64,000 bases of DNA from a virus (taxonomy: Duplodnaviria > Caudoviricetes): the IMG/VR virus record IMGVR_UViG_3300024269_004845; one strand, given 5' to 3'. The translations under genes were made by a program, and so were the position numbers. The notes below the pieces were generated by a model. It did no database searches and was not told where the DNA came from. It saw only the letters and a list, made by a program, of their open reading frames with translations. Each line of letters begins with the position of its first letter. Within the stretch, counting starts at the first letter, position 1. Below are positions 30,255-40,788 of this stretch, in pieces.

Positions 30255-30863
30255 ATGTTTAAAAAACTCAAGAATAATAACAACGGTAATATAGAAATAA
30301 CACGTGTAATTTGTTATTTTTACTTAATAATTTGCATCGCATTTGTACTTGATATAATTTTCGTAATCGGTCAAAATGTTGTAACTTCTTATGAGGCTGC
30401 ATATTACGCGGAAAAGATATCTATCCAGGGTGGGTTAGTCGGAGATAAAGCGTTTTATCCATCAATAGCTGAAGTAAAGAAAATGAATGGGGCTAATGCT
30501 TGTTATACTTACCAAAAGCCATGTGAAAATAGTTGCTTACCAAATGGAACGATAACTGAAAGAATATCGACAACACTTGGATATTTCGGAGTTGCGCCAA
30601 ATGAATGGGCTGGCTATTTACAAGGAGGGGGAGAAACCACAGTATTCCATTCCAAAATGAATCAGGCTACAGGTGGAGATAAAAGAAAGGTTTATGATTA
30701 TATGTCTACCGCAACCTTTATTATTAGTTCCGACTGGCAACCCATATTCGCTAAATATTTATGGGCTGAAGATTTTTACACAATTGAAAAGTATGTGCCG
30801 ATTGTTATTGAATATATTCCTCAAGTAAATCCAAATGATGATGCCTGCAAGAATCTTTATTGA
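30255..30863 (+). CDS. TadE-like minor pilin
   Basis: Basic leader KKLKNNNNG| then hydrophobic helix, AAYYA..IS..GG. Confidence 0.6.
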   Translation: MFKKLKNNNNGNIEITRVICYFYLIICIAFVLDIIFVIGQNVVTSYEAAYYAEKISIQGGLVGDKAFYPSIAEVKKMNGANACYTYQKPCENSCLPNGTITERISTTLGYFGVAPNEWAGYLQGGGETTVFHSKMNQATGGDKRKVYDYMSTATFIISSDWQPIFAKYLWAEDFYTIEKYVPIVIEYIPQVNPNDDACKNLY

Positions 30864-30878
30864 GGAGGTTGATATCAT

Positions 30879-31460
30879 ATGAATTTTTTCAATAAAATAA
30901 AAAACAATAAAGGTAGTGCTGAAAGTGCTATGTTTGTTTTTGGTCTTGCGATATTTGCGACTATAGTAGTGTTTTCAATGGATATATTTGGACTTACTTG
31001 GCAGCGTTATTTATCAACTAGAGAGCTTTCGAATATGTCGCGTTTATACGCTATTAGAGCAACGGACTTGTATATTGATGATTCCCAATCAGGTGTTCTG
31101 GACAGTATGATAACCACTCCAGACAAATCAGACTTGGGGAAAGAAATGGCAGATATCATGAAAATGATTGTCGCTCACGGGAAAATAGATAATGCAGTTT
31201 TGACCATAACAAAGGGTCCTGGGGGAGTTCAGTTATTAAGAATCACAGCTGATAGAAATTCCACTGATATAGTTGCAGCAGGATACGAACAAATAAAAGT
31301 TTTAGATTATGGTGATGATTTAATTGCTGAATTAAAAATAGAATATAATAATTCTACTTTTAAGGGCGTTGGAGCTCAAGAAAAATCAAAAAACTCATAT
31401 GTGATTCAAAACAAATTTGCATTTGAAGACTTTGCTCATGATGGAAACAATGTTGGATAA
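30879..31460 (+). CDS. TadE/F-like minor pilin
   Basis: KIKNNKG|SAE then hydrophobic helix, SRLYA. Confidence 0.6.
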   Translation: MNFFNKIKNNKGSAESAMFVFGLAIFATIVVFSMDIFGLTWQRYLSTRELSNMSRLYAIRATDLYIDDSQSGVLDSMITTPDKSDLGKEMADIMKMIVAHGKIDNAVLTITKGPGGVQLLRITADRNSTDIVAAGYEQIKVLDYGDDLIAELKIEYNNSTFKGVGAQEKSKNSYVIQNKFAFEDFAHDGNNVG

Positions 31461-31472
31461 GGAGGTATTGCT

Positions 31473-32030
31473 ATGATAAAAAAGTTAAAAAATAATAATC
31501 GTGGTGGTGCCGACCTCCAATTTGCAATTGCAACATTCTTATATATGTTTGTTGTCTGTGTTGGGTTATTGCTAGACTTTTGGTACGTTTCTTCTGCAAA
31601 AGTACATGTTTTAAAGACTGTAGAAGCTGCAGAATTATATTGTCTAGTTACTAATGCTCCTGAAAGTCATCACGATGCATCTGCAAAATACGAAAGTCTT
31701 TGGGAAATGAATTTAGCTGCTAACCAACAAGCTGCTTTGAATTGTGCTAAACCAGAGTTAGAAGCTCGTTTGGGTAATTTACCATATCTTAAACCTGGCG
31801 ATGAGGGTCTTGATATTCAGCATGTCTTTGGGTTAGGTAACACAATAGGACAAATGGGGATAAGTACTGAGATGAGATATCAAGTAAAAACAATGATTAG
31901 AAGTCCTCAACAATTATTTAACTTCATGAGACCTGACAACCTAGAATTAACGGCTGCAAGATGGGTTCCATTAAAGGTAACTTCTAAACTAGTACCTATG
32001 TTGGAAGACCAACATATTGCTGATTCTTAA
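31473..32030 (+). CDS. TadG-like minor pilin
   Basis: KKLKNNNRG|G then hydrophobic helix, GLLLD..K..L...EAA. Confidence 0.6.
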   Translation: MIKKLKNNNRGGADLQFAIATFLYMFVVCVGLLLDFWYVSSAKVHVLKTVEAAELYCLVTNAPESHHDASAKYESLWEMNLAANQQAALNCAKPELEARLGNLPYLKPGDEGLDIQHVFGLGNTIGQMGISTEMRYQVKTMIRSPQQLFNFMRPDNLELTAARWVPLKVTSKLVPMLEDQHIADS

Positions 32031-32071
32031 AAAAAATAATGGCTAGTCGATATTCGACTAGCCATTTTCTA

Positions 32072-32698
32072 TTATTCAATAATTAAAACTGACTTATTAT
32101 CAGGGATATAAACATACTTATATCCACAGCTCTTGTATATTAATCTGTCGGTTGTTTTATATCTTTTACCATTAATTAAATATTCAATATCTCCATTATA
32201 AACTCTTTCTGTGGCCTTACAACCAATAGCATTCACAACTTTAACTATTTCTTTTCTAAAAATTTTCTGGAGTTTTGAGATAAGAACATTTACATCTTTG
32301 TCTAAGTCAATCATGATGCTTTTTTCTTGAGTATAAACAGAATACCCAGAAATAATAGAAAGATAATTATAGTGTGGCATTTCTAAAACAACTAAATTGT
32401 TTTCAATGGTCTTTGCCTGTAAGAAATCAGTACTGTTTAAAATTTCTTCTTTTGTTTTTGTAGTCTTCATTCCATTTTTATACGTGATAGCATAATAGGA
32501 TAAGTCTTCTCCAATATATACAATTTCTTTAATATTATTATCAGATACTAAAATATTAGCAACATATTCACCCATGTCTACATTTCTCATAAAATATTGC
32601 TTTTTGTAATGTTTTGATATCTGTTCTATAAAATCAAAATTTCTAATAACGTATTTGGTAGATTTATACTTAAAATTTATCTTCACAAAAGGGTCCAT
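32072..32698 (-). CDS. Hypothetical protein
   Basis: ORF with an upstream TTGATT..TATTAT promoter-like site and a downstream hairpin. Confidence 0.5.
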   Translation of the reverse strand: MDPFVKINFKYKSTKYVIRNFDFIEQISKHYKKQYFMRNVDMGEYVANILVSDNNIKEIVYIGEDLSYYAITYKNGMKTTKTKEEILNSTDFLQAKTIENNLVVLEMPHYNYLSIISGYSVYTQEKSIMIDLDKDVNVLISKLQKIFRKEIVKVVNAIGCKATERVYNGDIEYLINGKRYKTTDRLIYKSCGYKYVYIPDNKSVLIIE

Positions 32699-32839
32699 CC
32701 TTTCTTGGGTATTTCAACTACTATATATAGTGCATTATATTCTATTAATTGTATAATACCACATTTTTTCTAAAAAATCAAGGGGGTAGAGAAATTTTTT
32801 CGTTAAAACAGGGAGATTCTTTAAGAATCTCCCTTATGT

Positions 32840-34762
32840 TTATATTTTTTCGGTATATTTCTTCTGTTTGAAGTAACTGTTCTTTGTATCATAAACAGGG
32901 TTTCTGTTGTGGGCGATAATAAGAACCTTTTCTTCATCCATTCTACGAACTTCGTCTGGGGTAATTAACTCTCTTCGAGTACCAGATTTTTGTACGCTTT
33001 GGCCAGCAAAAATACTTGTAGCAATATCTTGGCCTGCTTGATTTTGTGTTGAGTAACTTTTTGTTTCAATTGTTGTTACACCTGCAAGGTCACTAACATA
33101 CTGCGCAGAGCTTCCAGTAAGACCAGAATAAATCATCTTGGTTTTTAAGTTATTCATAATATCATTTGCGTTTTCTTCGCCATAATTTCTCTTAAGCTGT
33201 TCTACGCCCTGAATACCAACGCTGATACCTATCTTACGGCTACGAGCAGTAGCAGTAACCGTAGCAATAGAAGGAATAACTCCAATGTTTGCAAATTCGT
33301 CGAGCATATATAGGATAGGCTGTCCTTCTTTATGTTCCATTGTCATTTCTAATAATTGAGTAAAGAAAACGGACATTAAAGGCATCATCATTGTGGCTTT
33401 AGATTCGGGAACACATACAAATAACGCAGTAGGTTTTTTTCTTAAAATTACTGGGTCAAATAATCTTTCAGTGTCTGGTACTTTTTCACCATCTTCGTTA
33501 TAAACGAGAGGTGGGGTAACAAATTTTGCAACTTTGGGGTCAGTAAATAACTGAACATTAGTTGTTAATACTGATTTAATAGAAGAAATAGTTTTTTCAC
33601 TTTCGCCAGCAGACTTAAAGATTAAGAATAACTTATAGGCATCTGGACACTGTTTAAACATAGCATCCATACTCTTTAACGTACCATTAAGAATGATATC
33701 AATAGCTTCAGGTATGCTTTGTGTTTTGCCATGATGTTTTACATATACGAAAGCAGCAGCTAGCAAAGGAATAGACATGTTAATCCATTCTGCACCACTA
33801 CTTGAACTGCCAGTAGAAAGTTCAACCGCTTTGTTACCGTTGGTAAGAATCAACTGTGCAATATTTCTTAGTTCTGTTGCATCATCAATAACTGCTAATG
33901 GGTTATAGAAAAATTCATTTCTTTCGGGTCTTAAAGGTTCAAGCTTTACAATATTATATCCTAAACTTTCAAGATATGGGCTGGTTAAATCATGCATTTC
34001 TCCTTTCGGGTCAGTTACAACTACAGAGTGCTTTCCATCTATGTCCAATAAATTAGGGATAAAGAAACTGGAAGATTTACCAGCACCAGTAGGACCTAAT
34101 ACCATTACGTGTTCGTATGATTTAGCTGCGCTTAATCTTACATTTTTAGAAATTGTAAAACCATCATCTCCCGTTAAGCCATTTAAATCTCTTACGGTAC
34201 CTTCTTTTGCTGTACCTTGGTCACCATATTTGGTTTTGCTTCTTTTAAATTTAGAACCTCTACCAGAGCCTCCACCAGAACCTATGCCTGCGAATACGCC
34301 GCCCAATGAGCTTCCAATATCTCCAAGCATATCATTCTTTGCAAGAATAACGACTGGTATAATCAATAGCATTATAAATATTAATCCTTGGAAAGCGGCT
34401 AAACCAGGGGTAAACTTAGATTCTCCCTCTGTATAATACAGCTCAACTCTTGCCATATTACCATTAACATCTTTTACGAGACCTCTAACTGCGCCATCTA
34501 CTTTTTTATGCGACACGATAGGTCTGTCTCCAACGCCTGTTGAAACATATATTTTATCTCCAATATCTACTTTCTTATCTGCCTGGGATATATCAATATC
34601 TTTATTAATAATTGCTGCGGTTTGCCCAGAAGATAAAACCATCTCTACATTTCCCTTACCTAAAGAAAGGATGTTTGGCAAGGCAAAAGTTATTAAAAGA
34701 GCTAATATTATATATCCAACAATCATTGCGAGCGTGCCATATTTTTTGAAATTATCACCCAT
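32840..34762 (-). CDS. virD4: VirD4/TraG type IV coupling protein
   Basis: Two N-terminal TMs, HVMVLGPTGAGKS..IPNLL, VTDPKGE, LDEFANIG, RELITPDEVRRM. Confidence 0.92.
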   Translation of the reverse strand: MGDNFKKYGTLAMIVGYIILALLITFALPNILSLGKGNVEMVLSSGQTAAIINKDIDISQADKKVDIGDKIYVSTGVGDRPIVSHKKVDGAVRGLVKDVNGNMARVELYYTEGESKFTPGLAAFQGLIFIMLLIIPVVILAKNDMLGDIGSSLGGVFAGIGSGGGSGRGSKFKRSKTKYGDQGTAKEGTVRDLNGLTGDDGFTISKNVRLSAAKSYEHVMVLGPTGAGKSSSFFIPNLLDIDGKHSVVVTDPKGEMHDLTSPYLESLGYNIVKLEPLRPERNEFFYNPLAVIDDATELRNIAQLILTNGNKAVELSTGSSSSGAEWINMSIPLLAAAFVYVKHHGKTQSIPEAIDIILNGTLKSMDAMFKQCPDAYKLFLIFKSAGESEKTISSIKSVLTTNVQLFTDPKVAKFVTPPLVYNEDGEKVPDTERLFDPVILRKKPTALFVCVPESKATMMMPLMSVFFTQLLEMTMEHKEGQPILYMLDEFANIGVIPSIATVTATARSRKIGISVGIQGVEQLKRNYGEENANDIMNNLKTKMIYSGLTGSSAQYVSDLAGVTTIETKSYSTQNQAGQDIATSIFAGQSVQKSGTRRELITPDEVRRMDEEKVLIIAHNRNPVYDTKNSYFKQKKYTEKI

Positions 34763-34934
34763 AGATATCCTCCTTTTTTGTCAATTTTAAATAAAAAATA
34801 AATCAAATAGTAGATATAATATCATATATAATTATCTCTCAAATTATTATAAATAAAAGATTTAAGATAAAAACAAAGCTCTTGTTTATTTAAGACAAGA
34901 ACTTTTATGTGTAAAAAAATATATTATAAAAAAA

Positions 34935-35172
34935 CAAAAAAAGAGGTTGCAAGCGTTAACCTGCAACCAAAATTGATTTCTGTCTCCAAATTACGATTTA
35001 CGATATATATTTACACGGGTTAATACACTTCCTTATTGTCCCATGGAAGCGGAGCTGGCCAACCCTATTAGGCTTCAGCTCGAAATTAACAGGATGCTCC
35101 AGTCGGTAATCCTGATTATCTTTGGAGTGAAATGGTAAGAAACGGAAAATCAAAATCCTAGCCATTTCTTGT
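34935..35172 (-). ncRNA. Candidate structured non-coding RNA (~235 nt), family not recognised
   Basis: No ORF in the track here; five stems, G-U pairs valid only on the minus strand, ends in a hairpin plus U tract. Confidence 0.55.
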
Positions 35173-35280
35173 ATAGATAATATATATTATGTTTTTTATA
35201 TTCGGAATATTCCATTTTAGACAAAAATTTTTATTAAAAATAAAAAAACATGGTCGAACAAAAGTCCAACCATGTTTCTG

Positions 35281-37071
35281 TTAGCTTTTATAATATTTAT
35301 TGCCAAGTACTCCAGACTTTTTGACAATTACATTATCATCTGCTAGCTTTTCTAATTCTATAATTAGCTCTGAAGGCTTATAAATATGGCCTAACATCGC
35401 TCGTACTTTATCAACTACTTCATCTATCTTTACTTCATCAACTGGCAAAGTTCTAATTAAAGCCTTTTGCAAAGAGGTTAATTCAATAACTGATAGTTCG
35501 TCAAATGGGTTTGATTTTGCTTTGACATCTGTTACATTATATCTAATTAACACACTTAGAGTTTTCCCATAGATACTACTAGAAATGAATGATTCACCAG
35601 AATTGATATATGGCAAGCGTTCGATTTCTTCCTGTGATAAGTCAGTTTCTTTTTGAATAGACAACAAATCTTCTTTTATGCTAAGTTTAAAAATAAACTT
35701 CGTTGACATTTGAGCAACCACTGTTTCGTCTAGTAATGATGGACGTTGAGTTGCCATAATCTCAAATACCCCATATTTTCTACCTTCTTGAGCAATTGTT
35801 CTTAGTATAGTTTTTATTGGGGATTTGCTTTCATTTTTTGGACAGAAGATATGTGCTTCATCCATGGCAATGACAAACGGCAAAAAAGGTTCTCTCATTA
35901 TTCCAGAATCTTTTGAATCTATATAGTCTTTTCTTAAAAGATATAGTTTAGAAATTAAATAAGAGCCAACAATGTTAAGAGATTTCATTTCTCCTCTTAA
36001 AACACATGTTTGCTTTCTCGATAAAGCATTTTTTAAATCGGTTATATCTTTATTAAAAATCCCAGTTGAATTAATAGCATTAATTCTCCAAGAAATACCA
36101 ATTAAAGTTGTAGATGTTGGGATTATATTTTTATACTTATCCCAAAGGTCTTTTTCTGTGGGGGACATTGATTTGTCATCTAATGTTCCTTGTTCTAGTT
36201 GGCTTTTAAAATCAATCAGTGTTTTTATATTATTTGTTAAATTAACATATGTAGTTCCTTTTCTATGTAACTCTCGTAACAAATTTTCCATTGGTCCAGA
36301 AAGTTCACCCGAAAATCCCATAATTTTAATTAGTTCATCAGTGGTTAGCTCTGAAAAATCTATACCAACATTGTTACCAATTGTAAAAATTTGGAACTTT
36401 TTAGAATAATCTTTTTGGAGCTCTTTGGGGATATCGGTACGAGGAGTTGAAAAATTCATCTCCATATGTGGGTCGAATAAGATTGTTGGGATATTTTTGT
36501 TCATCATTTCCTCTGCAATAACTTTTAGTGCAAAAGTTTTGCCCGAGCCAGAACCTCCAAATAACCCAATATGAGGAGCTTCGCTCATTTTTTTATAATC
36601 AAATAATAATGGTACAGACGTTTGATTTAGCATTTGGTTGTTTTTTCTAACCATGAAAAGATTTTTATGGTTGTCTGGTACCGTATTCATAAATATATCT
36701 GTGCCATTGATTTCTCCTAATACAAAGCTATCTTCGATATTTTGTTTTACTAGGAATGGCTTTATTTTTTCAAACGTGGGTAATTTAACTAACGACCCAG
36801 ATTTGACTGGTTTTTTTATATAGTTTTCTACTTTTGCAGTTGCTATATAGATATTTTTTTCGTCTTTGAAGAAAAATTCTATATCTGGATATAAATCTCT
36901 CTCGGTCGCTTTTACGGTATCTATAGATAAATTTTCACTCTTAATAATTCTACAAACAGGGTTGTTATTGTCTGCATCCTCTATTTCGTAAAAATTATCT
37001 ATTTGAAATGGTTCATCCGTAGTTGCAAGTGTTACTATAAATGGGTTTGTTTTACCAACTATTCTTATCAA
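35281..37071 (-). CDS. HerA family ATPase/DNA translocase
   Basis: HAS-barrel-like N-terminus, HIGLFGGSGSGKT, MDEAH, QEGRKYG, ATQRP. Confidence 0.9.
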   Translation of the reverse strand: MIRIVGKTNPFIVTLATTDEPFQIDNFYEIEDADNNNPVCRIIKSENLSIDTVKATERDLYPDIEFFFKDEKNIYIATAKVENYIKKPVKSGSLVKLPTFEKIKPFLVKQNIEDSFVLGEINGTDIFMNTVPDNHKNLFMVRKNNQMLNQTSVPLLFDYKKMSEAPHIGLFGGSGSGKTFALKVIAEEMMNKNIPTILFDPHMEMNFSTPRTDIPKELQKDYSKKFQIFTIGNNVGIDFSELTTDELIKIMGFSGELSGPMENLLRELHRKGTTYVNLTNNIKTLIDFKSQLEQGTLDDKSMSPTEKDLWDKYKNIIPTSTTLIGISWRINAINSTGIFNKDITDLKNALSRKQTCVLRGEMKSLNIVGSYLISKLYLLRKDYIDSKDSGIMREPFLPFVIAMDEAHIFCPKNESKSPIKTILRTIAQEGRKYGVFEIMATQRPSLLDETVVAQMSTKFIFKLSIKEDLLSIQKETDLSQEEIERLPYINSGESFISSSIYGKTLSVLIRYNVTDVKAKSNPFDELSVIELTSLQKALIRTLPVDEVKIDEVVDKVRAMLGHIYKPSELIIELEKLADDNVIVKKSGVLGNKYYKS

Positions 37072-37712
37072 TCTTGAACTACCTCCTCTACTACGGATTT
37101 TCCTGAATCGTCTAATGCAACATTAAATACTGCATCTGCAGAATATTGCGTTTCTTTTGCGTGTGTGACCATAATAATTTGCTTATCATATTCTTCTGAA
37201 ATATCTTTGATAAACTTTGCTACAGCACTTGCATATCCTGCAGAAACAAATTTTGTTGGCTCATCAAGAAATAATGGAGCCGTATTTTTATTTCCGTATA
37301 AAATATTCATACAAATGAACGCAGAAAGAGAAATAATATCTGCTACACCACCACCATCAGAATCTGTTGGGTTAGTAAATGTTTCGTATCCATCATATTT
37401 AGTTCTGACCATAAAGTTTGCAGTGGGAACTGAATTTTTTTCGCTTGCAACAATTTCAACAGAAATATCTTTTCCAAATATTTGTTGCAATCCCATTGTG
37501 GCAATTGTTGCGAATCTATCATAAGACGTTTTTCTGGCCGTGTCACAAGCTTCTTGAAGGAGAAATTTCTTCTTTAAATTGGTGTTGTAAGTTTCTTCAT
37601 ATTTGGTATTCTCGTTTCTTCTACGAGTTATAAAATCTGTTTTTTCTTTTATTTGGCCATTCTTTTCTGATATAGCTAAATTGGTTTCGTTAAGTAATGA
37701 TTCTATACTCAA
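37068..37712 (-). CDS. Stand-alone C-terminal half of Rad50/SbcC ABC-ATPase
   Basis: Coiled coil, signature DGGG, Walker B/D-loop LFLDEPTKFVS, H-loop MVTH; no Walker A. Confidence 0.8.
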   Translation of the reverse strand: MSIESLLNETNLAISEKNGQIKEKTDFITRRRNENTKYEETYNTNLKKKFLLQEACDTARKTSYDRFATIATMGLQQIFGKDISVEIVASEKNSVPTANFMVRTKYDGYETFTNPTDSDGGGVADIISLSAFICMNILYGNKNTAPLFLDEPTKFVSAGYASAVAKFIKDISEEYDKQIIMVTHAKETQYSADAVFNVALDDSGKSVVEEVVQD

Positions 37713-38095
37713 AGCAGAACACCTCCTAAAATAGATAATATATTATAGACTAACATTTCAATCGTGAAATACAGTAAGAATTTGGTTGCACCCTCGTCTA
37801 CGATTTTAAATTTCATGCTTTTTTTTCGTCTTAAAAATTCTAAAATTGTACCGATAACGACAAATTCGATAATAGATTTTGTGGAATAAATCATATCATA
37901 GATTTCTTCGTTTGGGGTATCTGCAACCTCAGTCAATACTTCGGATAACTCAGGATTTATTGTTAGCCCAACAATAATAATAGGAGTGAACACTACAAAA
38001 AATAATGCAGCTAAGAGAAGAGTATACATTGTTATATTCCACTCCACACTTCTATTGTCATTTATTAATTTTTTGAACACGTGCTCACCCCCCAT
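37709..38095 (-). CDS. Small multi-pass membrane protein
   Basis: Three hydrophobic segments; embedded in the operon. Confidence 0.55.
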   Translation of the reverse strand: MGGEHVFKKLINDNRSVEWNITMYTLLLAALFFVVFTPIIIVGLTINPELSEVLTEVADTPNEEIYDMIYSTKSIIEFVVIGTILEFLRRKKSMKFKIVDEGATKFLLYFTIEMLVYNILSILGGVLL

Positions 38096-38099
38096 AAAG

Positions 38100-38366
38100 T
38101 TAAATTCTTTTTAATTCTCGAAGGATATCCATTGGGATACTATCTCCCAATTCATTTAAGAGTTTTTCAATATCTGCATCGATTTTTGCCAACTCGGATT
38201 CAGCTGTTTCAGGAGTTACCCCATGCTTTTGAAGGATTTCTAAGCTGGCGTCAAGCTTTGTTTGGCTAGCAGTTTTTGCGACAATTGCGTCATCTCTAGT
38301 CTTTTTCGTGATTTCAATCAATCTTTCGTATTCTTCTATCTTTTTAGTTACTTCTTCTCTATTCAT
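38100..38366 (-). CDS. Small coiled-coil protein
   Basis: Heptad-like 88 aa; overlaps the upstream stop; AGGAGG RBS. Confidence 0.65.
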   Translation of the reverse strand: MNREEVTKKIEEYERLIEITKKTRDDAIVAKTASQTKLDASLEILQKHGVTPETAESELAKIDADIEKLLNELGDSIPMDILRELKRI

Positions 38367-40788
38367 GAGAGCATCCTCCTAAAATATTATTGGTAACGCT
38401 ATCTGTTATAAGTTGGGAACAGATAGGACATATTTTTGCATCTTTTAAAACTTTAGCTTTTTCTTTCAAATATTCGGCTTCTTGTTTTGCTAAAGAATCT
38501 ATTTTTTTATTACTAGCTGTTACTTCTGCCTTATACTTTTCGCAATTTTTAATTTCTAAAGATATAGCTGATTTAGACTCTAATAATTTGTTCAATTGGG
38601 AAATTGTTTTATCGGCCGTTAATACTCCATTAGAAGCAGCAATTAATCTGTCAGCTGCTTGCATTGTTCTGCAATGCTTTCTGTATGCGATAGTAGAGTC
38701 TTTAATGGAAGACCCTTTATCTAGTAAAACCCTTATTTCTGGGATTAATTTTTCTTTACAGCCACTTAGTCCCACTAACATCTTTGAAATTTGTCTTTGA
38801 CGCTTTGTTTCTCTTGTGTATATGCTTAGATTATCTTCTATCAAAATGTGCTTTTCTAAGAGATTGCGAATGCTATTTACCTTCATAGCATTTCTAATAA
38901 CATCATCACAAGATTTTATTTTGCTTGTTGCGTTTAAAATATTTTTTCTTTCTGTTGAAGCTTTTTGTGTTTCCGCAGAAATTATATCCATTTTTTCTTT
39001 TAGTTGTTTTATTTTAATAAGATAGTTGTCTTGAAGTATTTTATTATAAATATCAACTAAATAATCTGCTTGTTTAGCTTTGGATTCGTGTTCTGTCTTA
39101 AGGGTTAAATAGGTGGTTATTTTTTCTTTTAATAACATTTTTTCTAGCAATTCTCTAACTTTTTCCATATGCTCTCTTTCGGCTGTTAATTTTGCAACAT
39201 CTTCAAGAGTTTTGTCAATTTGTGATAAGTTGCTTTTTATGCTAGATGTTATTTGAGAGTTTTCCTTATCTAAATCCTTAACTATCGAGTCTGCAGACTG
39301 TGTATTTTGTAAAGAACCTAATATTCTGGCTCTTTCTGTAGAACTTATATTATCATCAATTAAATACCATCCTTGTCCTTGGCGTAGAAAATTGATTGGC
39401 ATTGAAAGGTTATTAGTAATTTGCATATCGTTAAATCCACAAATGGATTGTACTAATCCTACCATATGCGTATTGCCTTCTTGTACAGTTCCGTCTGGAA
39501 AAATTACTTTATACCCATTTTCTTTTTTACTAATAAAACGAGTTATATAAGTGCCATTTACCAATTTTATTGTTACTGAGCATTTATCGGTTCCATGTCT
39601 AACCATTGAAGTACCCGCAGGTTTATTTTCAAGTACCCATCTAAACGCTCTTAGAAGAGATGTTTTTCCTTGACGACTTTCGCCCAACAAAACATTAAAT
39701 CCATCGGATAGATTAACTGTAGTGTTTTCATGTGATTGGAAGTTTTCTAAAGTTATGGATTCAAAACAAACATCTGTTGGAACCTTTAAAAATGAATTAT
39801 TTTGAAGTTCTTTTTCTGCTATGCGTTTTCTCAAATCATCCATTACAACTTCTGGGACTTCTTCTTTTTTGAAAACATCTTCGAGGATTTCAGAAAAGCG
39901 AGAATTTTGAGTTATTTCTAGACTTTTGATTTCTGATTTCATTTTTTCCGCAGCAGCTTCTTTTAGCTTTTTCTGTTCCACAACTTCTCTGCTCAACACG
40001 ATAGATGCATCGAGTGCAGATTTGAGAGGAACTTCCTCTAAAGAAATTCCAGAATCATCTATTGTTAAAATGATAACTTTTACTACCCTCGACAATTCTT
40101 TTACATCGTTCTTAAGACGAACAATTGCTCCTGGATTTACAAAATATTTATTATTGTAAATAACTGTATCGAATCCAATATGGTCATGGCCACAGAATGT
40201 AACATCTGCTTTAGTATCCTTAATTGCGTCAATTGTTGTATGACGAATAATTTTGCCAAGATTTTTGGGGGATAACATACCGTGCACAATATGAATATGG
40301 TAATCTCCCAATTTGTTGTCGATAATATAATCATCAACATATTCTGGCTTGTCCATATTTATGTGATAGTTTGACCCCGTTATAGCAACTGTTTTTCCAT
40401 TTTCTAGAGTGAAAATAACAGGGTTATCTTTCGTTACTAACTTTTGATACCCAAGAGCTGCAGTTAAACCAAGTGTGGTATTTGGCAGAGAACGAATATT
40501 TCCGCCAATCAAATCATGATTGCCAGCGATTCCAATCATTGGGATTGATTCTTTTGGGTTAAGTGGGTCTGTCCAACGTTTAATAATTTCTGGGATGAAA
40601 TCGTTTCTAATCTTATAATCACTGTCTGTCCAAAAATCTCCAGCTTGAATAATTGCAGATACATTATATTTTTTAGCTATTGATAAAATTTCTTCATCTT
40701 TTGCTTTTTGAGTTTCGTAAAAATCATCTATTCTACTTTGAGGTTTTTGCTCTGAATTGTGTCGGTCACCCATTAATAAAAATTTCAA
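38359..40788 (-). CDS. Mre11/SbcD nuclease fused to N-terminal half of Rad50/SbcC
   Basis: DRH, GDFW, GNHD, VHG, GHDH; then LENFQSH, Walker A GESRQGKTS, Q-loop, coiled coil, CPIC hook at the C-terminus. Confidence 0.88.
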   Translation of the reverse strand: MKFLLMGDRHNSEQKPQSRIDDFYETQKAKDEEILSIAKKYNVSAIIQAGDFWTDSDYKIRNDFIPEIIKRWTDPLNPKESIPMIGIAGNHDLIGGNIRSLPNTTLGLTAALGYQKLVTKDNPVIFTLENGKTVAITGSNYHINMDKPEYVDDYIIDNKLGDYHIHIVHGMLSPKNLGKIIRHTTIDAIKDTKADVTFCGHDHIGFDTVIYNNKYFVNPGAIVRLKNDVKELSRVVKVIILTIDDSGISLEEVPLKSALDASIVLSREVVEQKKLKEAAAEKMKSEIKSLEITQNSRFSEILEDVFKKEEVPEVVMDDLRKRIAEKELQNNSFLKVPTDVCFESITLENFQSHENTTVNLSDGFNVLLGESRQGKTSLLRAFRWVLENKPAGTSMVRHGTDKCSVTIKLVNGTYITRFISKKENGYKVIFPDGTVQEGNTHMVGLVQSICGFNDMQITNNLSMPINFLRQGQGWYLIDDNISSTERARILGSLQNTQSADSIVKDLDKENSQITSSIKSNLSQIDKTLEDVAKLTAEREHMEKVRELLEKMLLKEKITTYLTLKTEHESKAKQADYLVDIYNKILQDNYLIKIKQLKEKMDIISAETQKASTERKNILNATSKIKSCDDVIRNAMKVNSIRNLLEKHILIEDNLSIYTRETKRQRQISKMLVGLSGCKEKLIPEIRVLLDKGSSIKDSTIAYRKHCRTMQAADRLIAASNGVLTADKTISQLNKLLESKSAISLEIKNCEKYKAEVTASNKKIDSLAKQEAEYLKEKAKVLKDAKICPICSQLITDSVTNNILGGCSHE

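Noticed and set aside
34935-35172. Assignment of the structured region to SRP RNA, tmRNA, tRNA or a twister ribozyme
   Set aside because: It lacks the SRP CAGG..GNRA..AGCAG helix, tmRNA/tRNA acceptor and T arms, and the complementary pseudoknot pairs twister needs.
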